The position numbers were made by a program, and so were the translations under genes. A stretch of DNA of 60,585 nt, counting the filler, from Bipalium vagum (taxonomy: Eukaryota), in NCBI GenBank assembly GCA_037834085.1. It is 3 parts of 3 records of this genome, joined end to end, with 100 filler letters (N's around TTAATTAATTAA, not from the genome) between each part and the next. Parts side by side here need not be neighbours in the genome. Positions count along the whole stretch, not along the records: positions 1 to 16,232 come from JBBMKC010121376.1; positions 16,333 to 34,274 come from JBBMKC010045909.1; 1 more part is not named here. One strand, given 5' to 3'. Shown here piece after piece: positions 14,526 through 27,600 of the stretch. The notes beneath the pieces were generated by a model, which was given only the letters and a program-made list of their open reading frames with translations, was not told the origin of the DNA and did not search any database. Position 1 is the stretch's first letter, and every line of letters begins with the position of its first letter.

Positions 14526-15828
14526 CATGGTGGCGCAAAAGTTAATTAAAAAATATAAAAATTCATAAAAAATAAAATCAATATTTATTTATTTTGAAAT
14601 AATTGTAGATATAAAAATGGATTCCAGGAAATTAATGTCACAAAGATATACAATATCTGAAAAAACAAAAATCGTGGAATTTTATTTTCAAAACAATAAT
14701 TCAACAATCGGAACTCAACGTAAATATTGCAAACATTTCACTGTTAAGAAGCCTAGAACAGCCTTCATGATTATGTAATTAATTAAACGTTTCCGAGGCC
14801 AGGGCTCCGTAAACGATTTGCAAAGATTGGGAAGACCGTTCCAAACCAAAAATAAAGATGTTATTGAACGAGTACGAAGGGTAGTGCGGAGGACTCAGAA
14901 ACATCAAGTCGAAGACGTTCTTTGCAATTAGGCATTTCTCGAAAATCCTTACAACGAATTCTGGTGAGGGAACTAAAACTCTTTCCATACAAAATTCAAA
15001 TGGTTCAATATTTGAAGCAGGCAGACCAACAACAAAGATTAACACATGTCCGGAAATTTCAAGAAATGGCACTTGCAAATGAAAACGTCCTGCAGAATTT
15101 GATAATGAGTGACGAGTCCCACTTTCATCTGAATGGATTCGTCAACAAGCAAAATTATAGAATATGGAGATCTGAAAATCCAAGGGCTGTTCACCATAGA
15201 GAAATGCATTCGATGAAATGTACAGTTTGGTGTGGTGTTTCATATGAAAAGATCATAGGCCCTTTTTGCTTTGAGGATGTTAATGGGAATGCTGTAACCA
15301 TAAATGGTGAGCGATATCGCGATATGATAAAAACATATTTGCTTCCTGCTGTTGCTGACAATGAATTGATGTGGTTTCAACAAGATGGAGCACACGATCA
15401 CATGGTGAAACGTACCATAGAACTCTTACGTGAGATTTTCTGTAATCGGATAATTTCCAGAAATTTGACATTCAAATGGCCTTCTCGTTCACCAGATTTA
15501 TCAGTACCAGATTATTTTCTTTGGGGATATCTGAAGGATAAAGTTTATATTAATAAGCCAAAGTCCATTCAACAATTAAAGAACAATATTCGTGACGAAA
15601 TTAAAGCAATAAACCCGGACGTTTTAGCAGGTGTCATGGAAAACTCTATAAAAAGAGCCAAAATTTTTGAGGCAGAAAGTGGTGGTCATTTGAAGGACAT
15701 AATTTTCAAAATCTAGTTTAAAAAATCTCTGTGAATTATTGTTTATGTATAATATTCAAAATAAATAATTGTCTGGAATATTTACTTTTTACTATTCAAA
15801 ATCATTAAGTTACTTTTGAGCCACCCTG
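14526..15828 (+). mobile_element. full-length Tc1/mariner DD41D (rosa/Visitor-type) transposon, 1303 bp
   Basis: TIRs CATGGTGGCGCAAAAGTTAATTAA and revcomp CAGGGTGGCTCAAAAGTAACTTAA (4/24 mismatches), with TA on both sides. 41 residues lie between QQD and the D of SPDLSVPD. Confidence 0.92.
14617..15716 (+). pseudogene. DD41D transposase (one nonsense codon at ~14776, one frameshift near 14880; C-terminal 264-aa ORF 14922-15716 intact)
   Basis: MDSRKLMSQRYTISEKTKIVEFYF...; MSDESHF, WFQQDGA, WPSRSPDLSVPDYFLWGYLK. Confidence 0.9.
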
Positions 15829-16232
15829 TAGTTGCGTAAATGCTTATTTAAGAATCGTGTGTTGGGCTCCCAGCTCGTTTGACGTATGCACGGGTTACTG
15901 CAAAACGCCTGTGCAAAAGTACCATTGTAAAAAATAACCAGCTGAAACCGTCCATTTTTAGTCATTTTTTTCTGATTTTTTATTTTGTGAAATTGATCGA
16001 ATTTGTGGGACATTTCTTAATTATTAATTGAAAATCACAAGGTGTTTTTGATTTATTGTTTGCTTTGTAGGAAGTCTGAGTGGATCTTGTAATCATTAAT
16101 TGAGTGTACACACATTCTGACAATTAATCTGTATTCAAAGTTGTTTTGTGCAATTGCTTCAATAATCTCTTACTCGGGTTTTTAAAAGGTTTGATGGGAT
16201 TAGTACACAACCAAGTTAGTGAAAACGTAAAT

Positions 16233-16332
16233 NNNNNNNNNNNNNNNNNNNNNNNNNNNNNNNNNNNNNNNNNNNNTTAATTAATTAANNNNNNNNNNNN
16301 NNNNNNNNNNNNNNNNNNNNNNNNNNNNNNNN
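16233..16332. other. scaffold gap with artificial TTAATTAATTAA stop-linker
   Basis: 44 N + TTAATTAATTAA + 44 N = 100 bp; an identical structure occurs at 34275-34374. Confidence 0.95.
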
Positions 16333-16640
16333 TTGCAAGAAAACTGGCTATTCAATGGAGAACAGAAGGTTTAAGTTATTCGGCCATTGCCACAAGGTTG
16401 AGCATTACAAGTAATGCAGCCTGCAATCTATGCGTCTACAGATTAAAAAAAATTAAAGATGAAGACAGGACCGAAATTAAAAATGGATAAAGCGTATAAG
16501 TTGCACGTAAAGAGGAAGATTTGTAGTCTTAATGAAAGCAAAGAAAAGATAAATGCGACGAAATTAATAGATGAATGTGACTTAGATGTATCAAGAAGTA
16601 CAGTACTTATATTTAAGATATTTAAGGAAAACTGGTTTCA
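16333..16640 (+). mobile_element. Tc1-like transposase N-terminal (HTH) remnant
   Basis: WRTEGLSYSAIATRLSIT...KTGPKLKM...DLDVSRSTV resembles a Tc1 paired-like HTH plus GRP linker. Confidence 0.5.
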
Positions 16641-16984
16641 TTTACCATCCGAAAATACAAAATTTACAATTCTATTTATTTCATAGTCATGTCTATCTGA
16701 AAATAATATTATAGGAAAATCTCGTTTTTTAAAAATCCTTTGTTATTTATATCAATTGTTAAATTTTTGCTAAATAATGGTACACAAAATTTGAAAAATA
16801 AAATTTCGATCTTTAAAACACCCTCAGCGGTTGGTCATCCATTTCCTACGAGAATTAATTAAAAGTAATTTGATGAAGGACGGTTATCAAACATGCATAG
16901 AAATACTAACAGAGTGAACGTTAATGCATGAAAATCTCCCCTCTTTTTAAGTCTATAGATTTTTCCCAAAAACTAAGAACTTCA

Positions 16985-18925
16985 GTGCTTCACCAACTCA
17001 TTCAAAAACACAGCATGATCATCTCGTGATTGCTGCTCAACATCTCTTTTGAAACCGAACAACAGATAATTACAAAGAACAATTTCTCAACAAAGTCGTA
17101 ATAGGAGACAAGAAATGGTGTCTCTATGCTAATTTCATGCAAAAGAAGGAATGTCAAAGAATATCAAAGAAGAGAGTTACGCAAGACCCCCATTCAAAGA
17201 AAACTATGATATTTGTTGGTGGAATTATGAAGATCTTTTGCAATGAAAAGTTCTTCTGAGGAACCAGGTGGTTGGTAAGAACATTTATATATCCCAATTA
17301 CAAAGATTAAATGAAACTATTAAACAAAAAAGATCCAACTGAAAGCTTAAGTTATCGTACTTCATGATAATGCGCGACCTCAAATAGATAACTTTGTTAA
17401 ACCTGCCCTCCAAGAGCTCGATTGGGAGAGTTCTTATACACTGACGTGTAAAAGTTCTGTGACACTTAAATTGCAAAATGTATTAAATACGAAAGTTAAC
17501 GCGATTAGTGATGTTAAATGTTCAGGAAATAGGAATTTATACCTGACAAATATAATATGACAGTTAAGCTACAGATAGTACAGATTTTAAGTAAGTTATT
17601 TATTTTCATAATAAATAGAATTTTTTTGAAATATCACCATTTTATATTCATGATATTACTATATTTTTTAATAAAACATATCTATAACTGTTTTATCGTT
17701 GCTTCTGGTTTTGTTTATTTAAAAATAAATATGGGTAAATGATATACAATTAGTCCGCAGTTAGAACCATATCACAAAAAGTAAAGTAATAATTAAGTTC
17801 TAAACAGGAAAGAAATAATGTCTAAAGTTAATCTTGATGATGAGAAAAGGACGATTATAAATTCTTATATATCTGATAAGCTTTCTATCAGAGAAATTTC
17901 AAGGAAAATAAATACCCAACGAGAATATGATACTGAATTTCATAACACTAATGGTTAGACACGGAGGGGGTGCAGTAATTGTTTTGAGTGGATTTTCATC
18001 CAAATGAGTCAGTTCTTTATAAAGGATCAAAGGTATTCTTGAACAAAAGCAATATCACAACATACTTGTTCACTTGGTAGTTCCTGTAGGAAAGAAACTT
18101 ATTTGACATAGATTTTTTCTGCAACAAGATAATGATCCTAAACATACTGCTAAGCTTTGTCAGAGTTATCTAAACCAAAAACAGAAGATTGAACACTCAC
18201 AATCATGGATTGGTTACCACATTCTCCTTTTTTGAATTCGATAGTTATTCTGGGTTGAATTGGATCGTATAACCAGAAAAAATTCCCGTTTTCTCAGGAA
18301 CGGTCTTGGAGCATATTGAAATATAAATGGAATAGTTTAAAAACATACAAACTTCAAAATCAACAGAATGCCCAGAATAGTTAAAGCCATATTGGAAGCA
18401 AATGGTGAGTTATTCGATGAAAAACAAATTTGATGATTTTACTTTGAATTCTTCATCATAATCAATCCGCTATTTTTATTGTCTATTAATTTAATAAATG
18501 TTGGAGGTATATATATTTCATTGTTTCCATATTTTAGTTTTCACGTACTTTAAGATTTAATTAGATTTTCTTAATAGACTAGTTTCAATATTCAGTGTCC
18601 AAAATTTTTTGCACGGCTGTGTACATCCTCCATATTATCCAGATGTTTAACGCTCAATCTCTAACTAAATGGTGGGCTTTACATTAGATAATGAAGAGGA
18701 ACTTTTAAAAATGTCTGAACAACTTCTTTGAGACTAAGCCCAAAGATTTCTGGAATTGCGGCTTCGATAAACTGATGAACAAGTGGGAGAAGGTCATTAT
18801 CAATAACGGAGATTATGTCATCGATTAATTTGTTATTATTATCAAAGAAAAATATTGTTTATAAGTTATATTTCTTGAATATAAATGACTTTTTAGAAAA
18901 AAGGGGATTTATGTTACAACTTATT
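16985..18925 (+). mobile_element. decayed mariner interrupted by a Tc1 element
   Basis: EQFLNKVVIGDKKWCLY and LHDNARP lie upstream of the insertion. HPPYYPD...KLMNKWEKVIINNGDYVID* and a TIR-like TTATGTTACAACTTATTA lie downstream. Confidence 0.8.
17439..18621 (+). mobile_element. Tc1-like element (internally deleted) nested in mariner
   Basis: Degenerate TIRs CACTGACGTGTAAAAGTTCTGTGACACT and revcomp CACAGCCGTGCAAAAAATTTTGGACACT, with a TA duplication. Internal VRHGGGAVIV, FLQQDNDPKHTAKLC, MDWLPHSP. Confidence 0.85.
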
Positions 18926-19229
18926 ACTTTTCACATTTTTTGTTTAAAAAATAGGTAAAATTATAGAAAACTTCAAAACATTATTGACATACGGAAAAAT
19001 GGTAAGATTATTATTTAAGTAAAAATATGATTAATGAAAAAAATGAAATCACTTTAAAAAAGAAAAGGTAGAATTTTATCACAATTTAAAATTTCTAGAG
19101 CAATGAGGTTTATGTCGGGCTAATTGTAAAGCTGTTGTGATTGCTACGCCTGTAGTTAAAGCAAAAATAGAGGTACAAATATATAATAATTCAGTGTCAG
19201 TAAAGATAGAATTAAAAAAGATATTGGAA

Positions 19230-20150
19230 ATAGAAAATCTCATCAAAGTTGACTACACCGTAAGTATGTTAAAACTCAAAGAATGTGAAATGACAACTGG
19301 AGCTTGACTTATGTCAGACTATTATTTTGTAAAGAATTAAGAAATATAATTCTAAATTGTTTAGATTCTAGATGAATAATACAATTAATTTTCATCAGTT
19401 TTGTGGATTTCCAAGATTTTGCAACAAAGCTTTTCTTATTTCCTTCTGTTGCAGGTGCTCCATCGGTTGTGATGCCAATTAGTTTAGAAACATCTAAATT
19501 CACTTTTAATATCATATTAATCACTATTCCAGTAACTGTATCATTCAAATGAATTAACTGAATAAATTTTTCCAAAATATGAAAAGATGAAGTCACTCCT
19601 CGCACTAATACTGCAAACTGAGCGATATCATTTAAATCTGTACTCTCATCAACTGCAATTGAAAAATATTGCAATTCGCTGCAGGCGTTCATTAAACAAT
19701 TTGTAACATCTGTCAACATCTCTTCAATGTATCCTGTGAAAAGTCCTATAAAACTTATGAAAGAAAATAACTTTTTCTTGAAAAACAATATCCATCACAG
19801 CCATTAAACATTATATAACAAATCCACCATCCGTAAACGACTTGATCTTTTTAGCGATAAGTCTTGACACTTCATAACTTATACGGATATTAGCTTCACA
19901 TTCACTTATTTTCTTCATAAACAATTGTCTGCTTTTCAAACTTTGATTTCAGCTTCCTGACTTCATCTGTCCGTGATTCCCTAGTATTTTTTTTAAATTT
20001 CAAAATGGCACGCCATGTAATGGCGCCTTATATTTACCACTTTCACAGCAGCCTTTTAAAGGCAAACAAGATATACTGGCTTTCGATTTTGCTCGATAAA
20101 TAAATAATAGTTCAAAAATTGAAAAATTCGAATCTTTGAATTCATGGGTT
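19230..20150 (-). mobile_element. hAT transposase remnant (SPIN/Charlie/GTF2IRD2-like)
   Basis: ORF 19309-19788 reads YFSIAVDESTDLNDIAQFAVLVRGV...ITTDGAPA...INCIIH. Upstream is a BED-like FIEQNRKPVYLVC...NIRRHY. Confidence 0.85.
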
Positions 20151-20269
20151 AATTTAAAACTCGCATTTGAATGAATATTAAAACAATCTTTGTTTATTAA
20201 AAATATTATAATATGTAATGATATAAAATCCTATTATAAAGATTTTTTCAAAATCCTTCAGGGTCTTAG

Positions 20270-21360
20270 GTTTCATGATTTTAGCTGTACAAAATCAATA
20301 ATACATAAGACAACAAATAATTATATTTCATTACTCAAAGTAATCACCATTGACTTAAATACATTTAGTACATCTTTTATACAAAGCACCACAACTTTTT
20401 TAAAGTCCTCTTTTGGAATACTCATCAGTTTTGTTATATCAATTGTCTGAATACCCTCAATATTTTGAAACTTTTATCCTTTAAGTATGGCTTTCAGCTT
20501 TGGTAATAGCATAAAAAGTGTTGGAGAAATATTTGGATAAATATTTAATCCGGTGAATATAGTGGATTACTGATCGTTGTAATTCCGTTTTTAGCCAGAA
20601 AACACTTAACGATTATTAAGTTTTGAGAAGGTTCGTTATCATACAGTAAACTTCAACTTTCTTTAGTACTGTACTACGGTCTAATTCAGCAAATTCTTTT
20701 TTAAAGCCAAGATATCACTTCTTTTTAATAAACACCATTGACTGTTTTATCAGGAGTTAGAAAATTTTGTCAATGAATCTGTCAGAATCAAAAAATGTAA
20801 TCAATATGGTTTAATCTTCGATTTTTGTATCCATACCTTCTAGTTTTTGAGAGCTCTCTGAACACCTTCGCATTCTCTGTTGTTTCGTTTCAGGATCATA
20901 TTGAAAACATCACGACTCTGACCCAGTAAAATTTTGGTCAGATCACAAGCGAAAATGAAATTTCTGCAGCAATCAATTCTGCATTGTAATTGTTCATGGG
21001 TCAACCTGTGAGGAACAAACCTTGAAAATATATTTTTCTTATCTAAATCCTCAATTGACATTTTTCTAATCGATTCTCTATTGATTTCAGTTTCATCTTC
21101 GAGCATTTTTAATGTAATAGGTCTATCGGCTTCAAAAATGTCTAGTTTTGCCCAGGTTTTCATCATTTCTGAAGGTAGATGGACGGCCACTTCTGTCATT
21201 ATCAAAAGGATCATCACGGCCGTCACGAGAGCAAAAAACCATTTGAAGACACTAGATCTTGACATTTTATTATACCAATACAAAATTCTCAATATTTCGT
21301 AGGTCTCCGTAGATGTTTTGCCTAACTTACAGCAAAATTTTATATTCACTCTAATATTTT
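20270..21360 (-). mobile_element. decayed mariner element
   Basis: ORF 20840-21349 reads NIKFCCKLGKTSTETYEIL...FSRFVPHRLT; downstream are LYDNEP and PLYSPD fragments. Confidence 0.85.
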
Positions 21361-23530
21361 AAACAAATGCAAAAGTATGTCAATTTTGTCAAAGTTATGG
21401 ATAAAAGTCTTTACTCTAAAATTCTTGCAGAACGGAATCAATAGGCAACACAGGATCCCATTAATAGATTATTCGACGTTGACTGTTTTCCGCTGTGAGT
21501 ATATCGGAATTCCAATGAGACAGAATCAGACAGAACTTCGACTTTGATAAACGTTTCAATCGGTTTTCGCATTCTCACACGTTTTAATTACTGGATTTGG
21601 AGTTCAATCCTAATCAATTGATATCACAATAAAAAAATATTATTCCCGGTTTCCTTTTGGATCTCGTCGCTGATGTTCTGGAAATATTTAAGAACAAGCC
21701 AATCTATTATTGGCAAGTTTCACAGATCAACTGAAATGGTAAAGGAAAGATAATATCTCAGTTTCAGGTGAAAATCATGGAGAATTTAAAATTTTTTTCA
21801 CCATTAAGACGGAAATAAAGATACCAAAATGTTGTCTGTAATGGTTTTATTGATTGCCTGCTTTTGGGAAACTTTGAACTAAACGTCAAAAGTGACTAAA
21901 ATGTGACAAAATCATTGCTTCCAAGATTCTTTTCTGATGAAAATATGAATATATATATATGTGTAATTTTCGTCACAATCACGCCTTGATCTATTTATTA
22001 ATGTCATATACATTATAACTATATCGCCAGATTTTAATCAAGATTTTAAAAATTGAAAACCGATATGAATTGAGGTCACTTTAAATGAAAAAATCTTTGG
22101 CAAAATAAATTGCCATTTGATTTATTGACAGTCAAGTTCAACAAATGGTCCAATCTGATCTTACAGGTTTTTGTATAATTTAATTATTCAGCTATTATCG
22201 ATACTGCCTGCATTAAAATGTCATCAATTTAAGTCAATAATTTTCAAAAGTTAAGTAATTATTTCTTAAATTTGTATTTTTCATTTTAAAAATTGAAATA
22301 AGAAATCTAATCCTTTTGAAATCTAACAATTCAATAAAAACATTCAATTTAAGAACGGTGTAACGTATACCTTGAGCTTTTAATTGGATACGTTCTCTAA
22401 AAACAACCCAATACATTTTTTTGCACTTTCCTGATCATTAACTTTACGATAGTCATCTATAGATTTAACCATTGTTTGATAGTTTTTTTTCTAAAGCCTT
22501 CTGATTTCTAAAAATTATCCACAATCATGAAATGTGGCCCTAAAGAGGATTCTGAATCTAAAAAATTTAAAAATTTTCAAAATTAAATTTGTAAATTTAT
22601 TAAATTACTTAATATAAACAATAGATGACCTTCAAATTTCAGGCACCTAGTTTATATATTAACCTATTTAATTTAATATAATGTAATGTGAATATGTTTT
22701 AAGAACATCTATCATTAAAATAAAATAAATTAAACTTTAAATGCCTTGAAAAATAATCAAGATTTCTTAATTTTATAATGTTCGGCAATTAATTTGTGTC
22801 GTATTGTATATTCTTTTAGATTCTTAAAGTCTATAATTTTCTAAAAAATATTTGATAGTCTTCATCTGAAATTAGTGATTTTTTTTAAAACTGAATCAAA
22901 ACTATTTTTTTAGAAGAATTTCTTTTATTAATAATTCGTTTACTTGATAATAGTTTTCTCCTTGAACATAATCATAAGGATACGTCACTTTCTTTGGCAT
23001 AAAATTATATTCTTCTAGTATTTCTTGTTTTGATGTGTCTTACAATATTTTTCATATTTTGTATATTGACATAGAAGGATCCATTGTTCTTAATGATTCT
23101 AAAAAATATTATATATTTAAAACTAAAATTAATATAAATTTAAACAGTATTTGTATTTGTATTTTTATTTGATTAAGAAATTTCATTGTAATATCTAAAA
23201 AGAATAAATCGAAAAGATATCTACTTCCATTATGAAAATAAAATGAAATTATAAAGTTTCTAATACTTTTATCATTTATATTAGAATCATTAGAAATTTT
23301 TCATGAACTATTTTTTGTTATAATTATCAATTATATATTTTGGTAACTATTCAAAAAAAGTATTATAATGATCTTTATTATTTTTCTTTATGCTTTTTTG
23401 ATTTTAAATAGCTTATTAATCCAGTTTTTACTTTAATTATTTTTACAATCTAATTCCATTTTTGACATTTTGATCTCTATTTTATTGATTATAATTTTAT
23501 TTACTTTTTATACTTATGATCAATTGGGTA

Positions 23531-23716
23531 CAGTAGTTGAGAAAAAATGAGTCATGATCAAACCTAAGTGAGGATTTTGTGAAATTGGTATTTTTTTATA
23601 TTTATCAAATTTTGATATTTTCACCTTTTTTAAAAAATGAGTTATAGTAGTAACAAAATTGATAGTTATGATCTAACCCTTGTGTGTGACCGTGACTATT
23701 CATTTTTCTACTATTG
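23531..23716. mobile_element. putative Tc1-derived MITE (~186 bp)
   Basis: TA|CAGTAGTTGAGAAAAAATGAGTCATGATCA and an imperfect inverted copy (revcomp CAATAGTAGAAAAATGAATAGTCACGGTCA), with no coding capacity. Confidence 0.4.
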
Positions 23717-24162
23717 ATCATATTGATCTAGTGTTCATATAGATCCACTGAAGAAATTTCATTGTTTAAACAAAATTTATACAGATTCGTTGTTCAATTA
23801 TCCATAATAAATTTCACAATGATTGTTCAATAATTGCAAAACACTATAACTTTAAACATAAAAAAGAAAGTCTCAAAAACATTTCTGTCAATTTTGAAAG
23901 TTTTTTGTGCCAGCATAAAAACAAAAAATCATAAGAATTTGTGAATTACAAGTAACTTTTAAAATTAAATACACCTACCTTTAATAAATATTCTGTTAAA
24001 AATTGTGAACCAAAAATTAATTCAAAAAACATTTCGATCTACTCAATGAAAAATATAAGATACAAAATGAATATTATTATATAAACATAAAGATAAAAAG
24101 ACACTTGGAAGTTAGTTGAAAATTATCATACTGTTGGAGACATCAAATCCTGATATTTATCC

Positions 24163-24672
24163 CTACTGTTCTGGAGTATACTGATATATAACAAAAGGCA
24201 ATGAACTATAAAAAGATTCATTAACAACCGCAATACCGGTGCGCATTTCTTTTTGTAATTTATCGTAATACCACTTTTCCAAACATTGTAAAGTAATTGG
24301 TTGGAAGTTCTCATAAAATTTATTTGCAAATAAATGAGGAGCTCTCACTAACTTTGGTAAGTCTCCCGCTCCCCATATACACAATCCACGAACTGTCTCT
24401 CTACTAACACAAGAATACTGGTTTCTATTTTTAAATCTGGCTAGAAAAAATGATACAGATTCCCCATTTTCCACATGTTCGTCAGGATTGCCAATAAAAG
24501 ATCCAGGAATTCTAAATTGTGCATTGTAATTAAGCGTGGAAAAAAATTGCTCGTCGGGAATATATGTGTTCGATAATGCTTCAAGAATTTTTTGAGCTTT
24601 GTATGATTCATTTATAAACCTAACGAATTCACGGTTTATTACAACATGGACAGATCCTTTGAACCATGTAAC
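24163..24672 (-). CDS. GCNT-like gene, terminal exon
   Basis: CAG acceptor at 24675-24673; phase-0 VTWFKGSVHVV...YTPEQ*. Confidence 0.9.
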   Translation of the reverse strand, partial: VTWFKGSVHVVINREFVRFINESYKAQKILEALSNTYIPDEQFFSTLNYNAQFRIPGSFIGNPDEHVENGESVSFFLARFKNRNQYSCVSRETVRGLCIWGAGDLPKLVRAPHLFANKFYENFQPITLQCLEKWYYDKLQKEMRTGIAVVNESFYSSLPFVIYQYTPEQ

Positions 24673-27600
24673 CTGAATATATGTTTGTTTATTTTTTTTC
24701 TTCCTTTGAACAATTCAAATTTTCAACATAAAATAAAATCAATTAAACTTATGTAATATTACAGGGTTTTAAATTCAAGTTGGAACAATTTTAATTCAAA
24801 TTCGTATTTTATAAAATTATGTCACCATCTCTGCACATTCGGAGAAATGATTTTATATTTCGAAACCATACTTCACAGTTGAACCTAGTAATTGTATCTA
24901 GTCCTTCTTTCATGGCATTTAATAATTCATCTTCTGAAGTACAATTGCTTCTTTTTACAAATTTCTTCTATTTCGAAAACATATTTTCGATTGGGTTCAG
25001 CATTGAAGAATAGGGTGAAAGATATAGTATAACGTGTCCCTTTCATTGAAAGATCTCTTTGACACTGTTACACTTGTTAAAAGGAACGTTGCTCATTATA
25101 ACCGCACATTTACTGAGTGCTTTGTTTTCAATATATTTAAAAAAATTATTTATGTATTCTAGAAATGAGCTACTATTGTAAGGTTTGTAATTTGTTTCAT
25201 GAAAGTACATTCCAGTTCTTGATATAGCAAAGCAAACACTTAGATTTTTGGATTTAATATTTTTGACTGTTACTATTCTTGTTGACCCAATCTTTGCTCT
25301 GCCTTTAATAACTCTTATGGATAAGTTTTACCCAACTTCATTTACAAAAAAATATTAGTCGGAGAATTCGTTACCCAACTTATCAAACAGTAATGCATAT
25401 TGTTTTCGATGATCAATTGTTTTGGAATCATTTCTTTTCTCTTGGATCAGCTTCAGCATTTTTCAAGTTGTAATGTAAGCTTTTTAAGTTACATATAATG
25501 CACTGTAGCTAAGCATATTTTTTACCTGAAACTTTTCAAAAATTACTTTCTGAATATTTCGTAATGTTTCTGTGCAATTATTTACTATCTCTTGAATGCA
25601 AGTTTTTATTTCATCATTTACCTTCTAATATGTTTTACCACCTTACTTTTTTCGTAAATTCATCAGTTGCTTTAAATGTTGTAATTATGCAGCTTACTGT
25701 ACTTTATGTAGGTTTTTGCTCTGACTATTCTGATAATTTGAAACAATTCTGTGTCTTGAGTCATTATTAATAATCTTATATTGTTTATTCTTTGCATTTT
25801 TTGTAACCTCTTCATCGATACAATCATAATCTTCAAAGCAGTCTGAACTATTTTTGGTCTAATCGAAAAATAAGTAAATGGATAAAATATAATAAATTTC
25901 ATGGAAATTACCAATTTCTATGAGAATAATAAATAAAATACAAATTTGAATTAAAACAAAACGAATTTGAATTTAAAATGTACTAATTAGAATTAAAATT
26001 ATTCCAACTTGAATTAAAACTTATCTATTAATAAAATACACATTAAAATTAAGAAAATAATTAATTTAAAAATTAAATTTAAAATTTTTGTATTTATTAA
26101 TCAGTTAAACATAAGGTCATTTGGTTTCTTATCAAGTATCAGAATAAATAAAGTATAAATGAAGTTTTTAAACATTTAAATAAGGTTATATAATAAAACC
26201 AGTAAAAGAATAATAAGTAACACAAATATGAAATTACACAACTTTACAAGACTTTACAAGACCTTATAACTTTTCATAAGAGCTGGAAGACTTTGTACAT
26301 ACAATATCGACCCATATTGGAGATATTAATGGCCTCACTAAAGTCAAGAAAAAATGAAACAACACACATGCATACATACCTGCAGAAATCAAATTTACTA
26401 TAAATGCAACTGCCCAAAAGAAAACAGGAATAAGTTCAGCTGACATAATATTCGGAATGAAAATATTTCGTGAAAAATGGCATCGAAAAAGTACAAAATA
26501 TTCAAATAACCAATTTACAATGAAAAATAAGAGAAAGGATATTCAGTGTTAAGATATAAGTCATGATATAAGCTGAAAATATGGAAAAATGAACAATCGT
26601 TTTATTGAACCATTTATAAAGGTAGAAAGATTTTATCCAAGAAGATACAGAATCCGAGATGAATAAGATATTACCTTGGAGTGCGGTATCGAAAAGATTT
26701 TAAATAAAAAGTGAAAGTATTTGTTTTAATTATTAATTTTTAGAAATATATACATTTTGAAAAGTAATTTAAGTTAATTACTTAATGAAGAATTTAGGAG
26801 AAGAGGATATTCAACCTATAATAATATTATTGCAATATTAAAAATTTAAAAGATTTCAGAAATACTTTCTAACCGTTAGTTGAATTGCATCTTGGAGTTA
26901 AGATTGTTTTAATAGCTTTTAGCTATCACTGTAATTTAATAAGTACAGTGATAGTGATGTAAAGGTTTTAAATTTCTTAAGGATAACTAATACAGGCTTT
27001 TTCAAAAATTTTAAGAATTTTAAGAATTATTTAACGAAATTTTTTCTATCATTACTAAAATTATCAAATCTACAATTAAAAATGGCAAAATAATACATTT
27101 AGGGAACGGAATAAGGAAAATTGTCTTAACAATCTTAACTATGAATCAGGTATTACTTTGTCTGTATTGTACATACACAATGATTGTAATAATGATGAAG
27201 AGAAGTCTTTGAAACATACTTCAATAGATTTGGACATTAATTATGAAGTTGTAGCCTACATCGTAAGAGTATATAAGTCAACTGACCTATTGATAAAGCC
27301 AAAAAAAATTCCGGCAGATATTAAACATTTTGAAAAACCCTGTAAAAGCCAAAGTAAACAAAAACAGTAAAATGTGGTTAATAAATCGACCAAATTGAAA
27401 TCAAACCACACCAAGAGAAACGATAACAATGCTAAGGTTTTTGAAATACAAAATAAACATATCGTTGGTTTTGTGAAGATTTGTGATTACTTTTTGTGTT
27501 ATAGTTTTTTTATTATAGTTTAAAGATAACAATAGTTAATAATGTTAAATCTTTATTATTCTTTCAAGCGTGAAAACGATATTTTATAGAATTAATGCGA

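Noticed and set aside
14779-15471. Antisense ORFs 14779-15078 and 15280-15471
   Set aside because: Shadows of the DD41D transposase on the opposite strand.
16277-16288. TTAATTAATTAA palindrome between N runs (also 34319-34330)
   Set aside because: The identical 44N-12-44N layout appears twice; it is an artificial all-frame stop linker from scaffolding.
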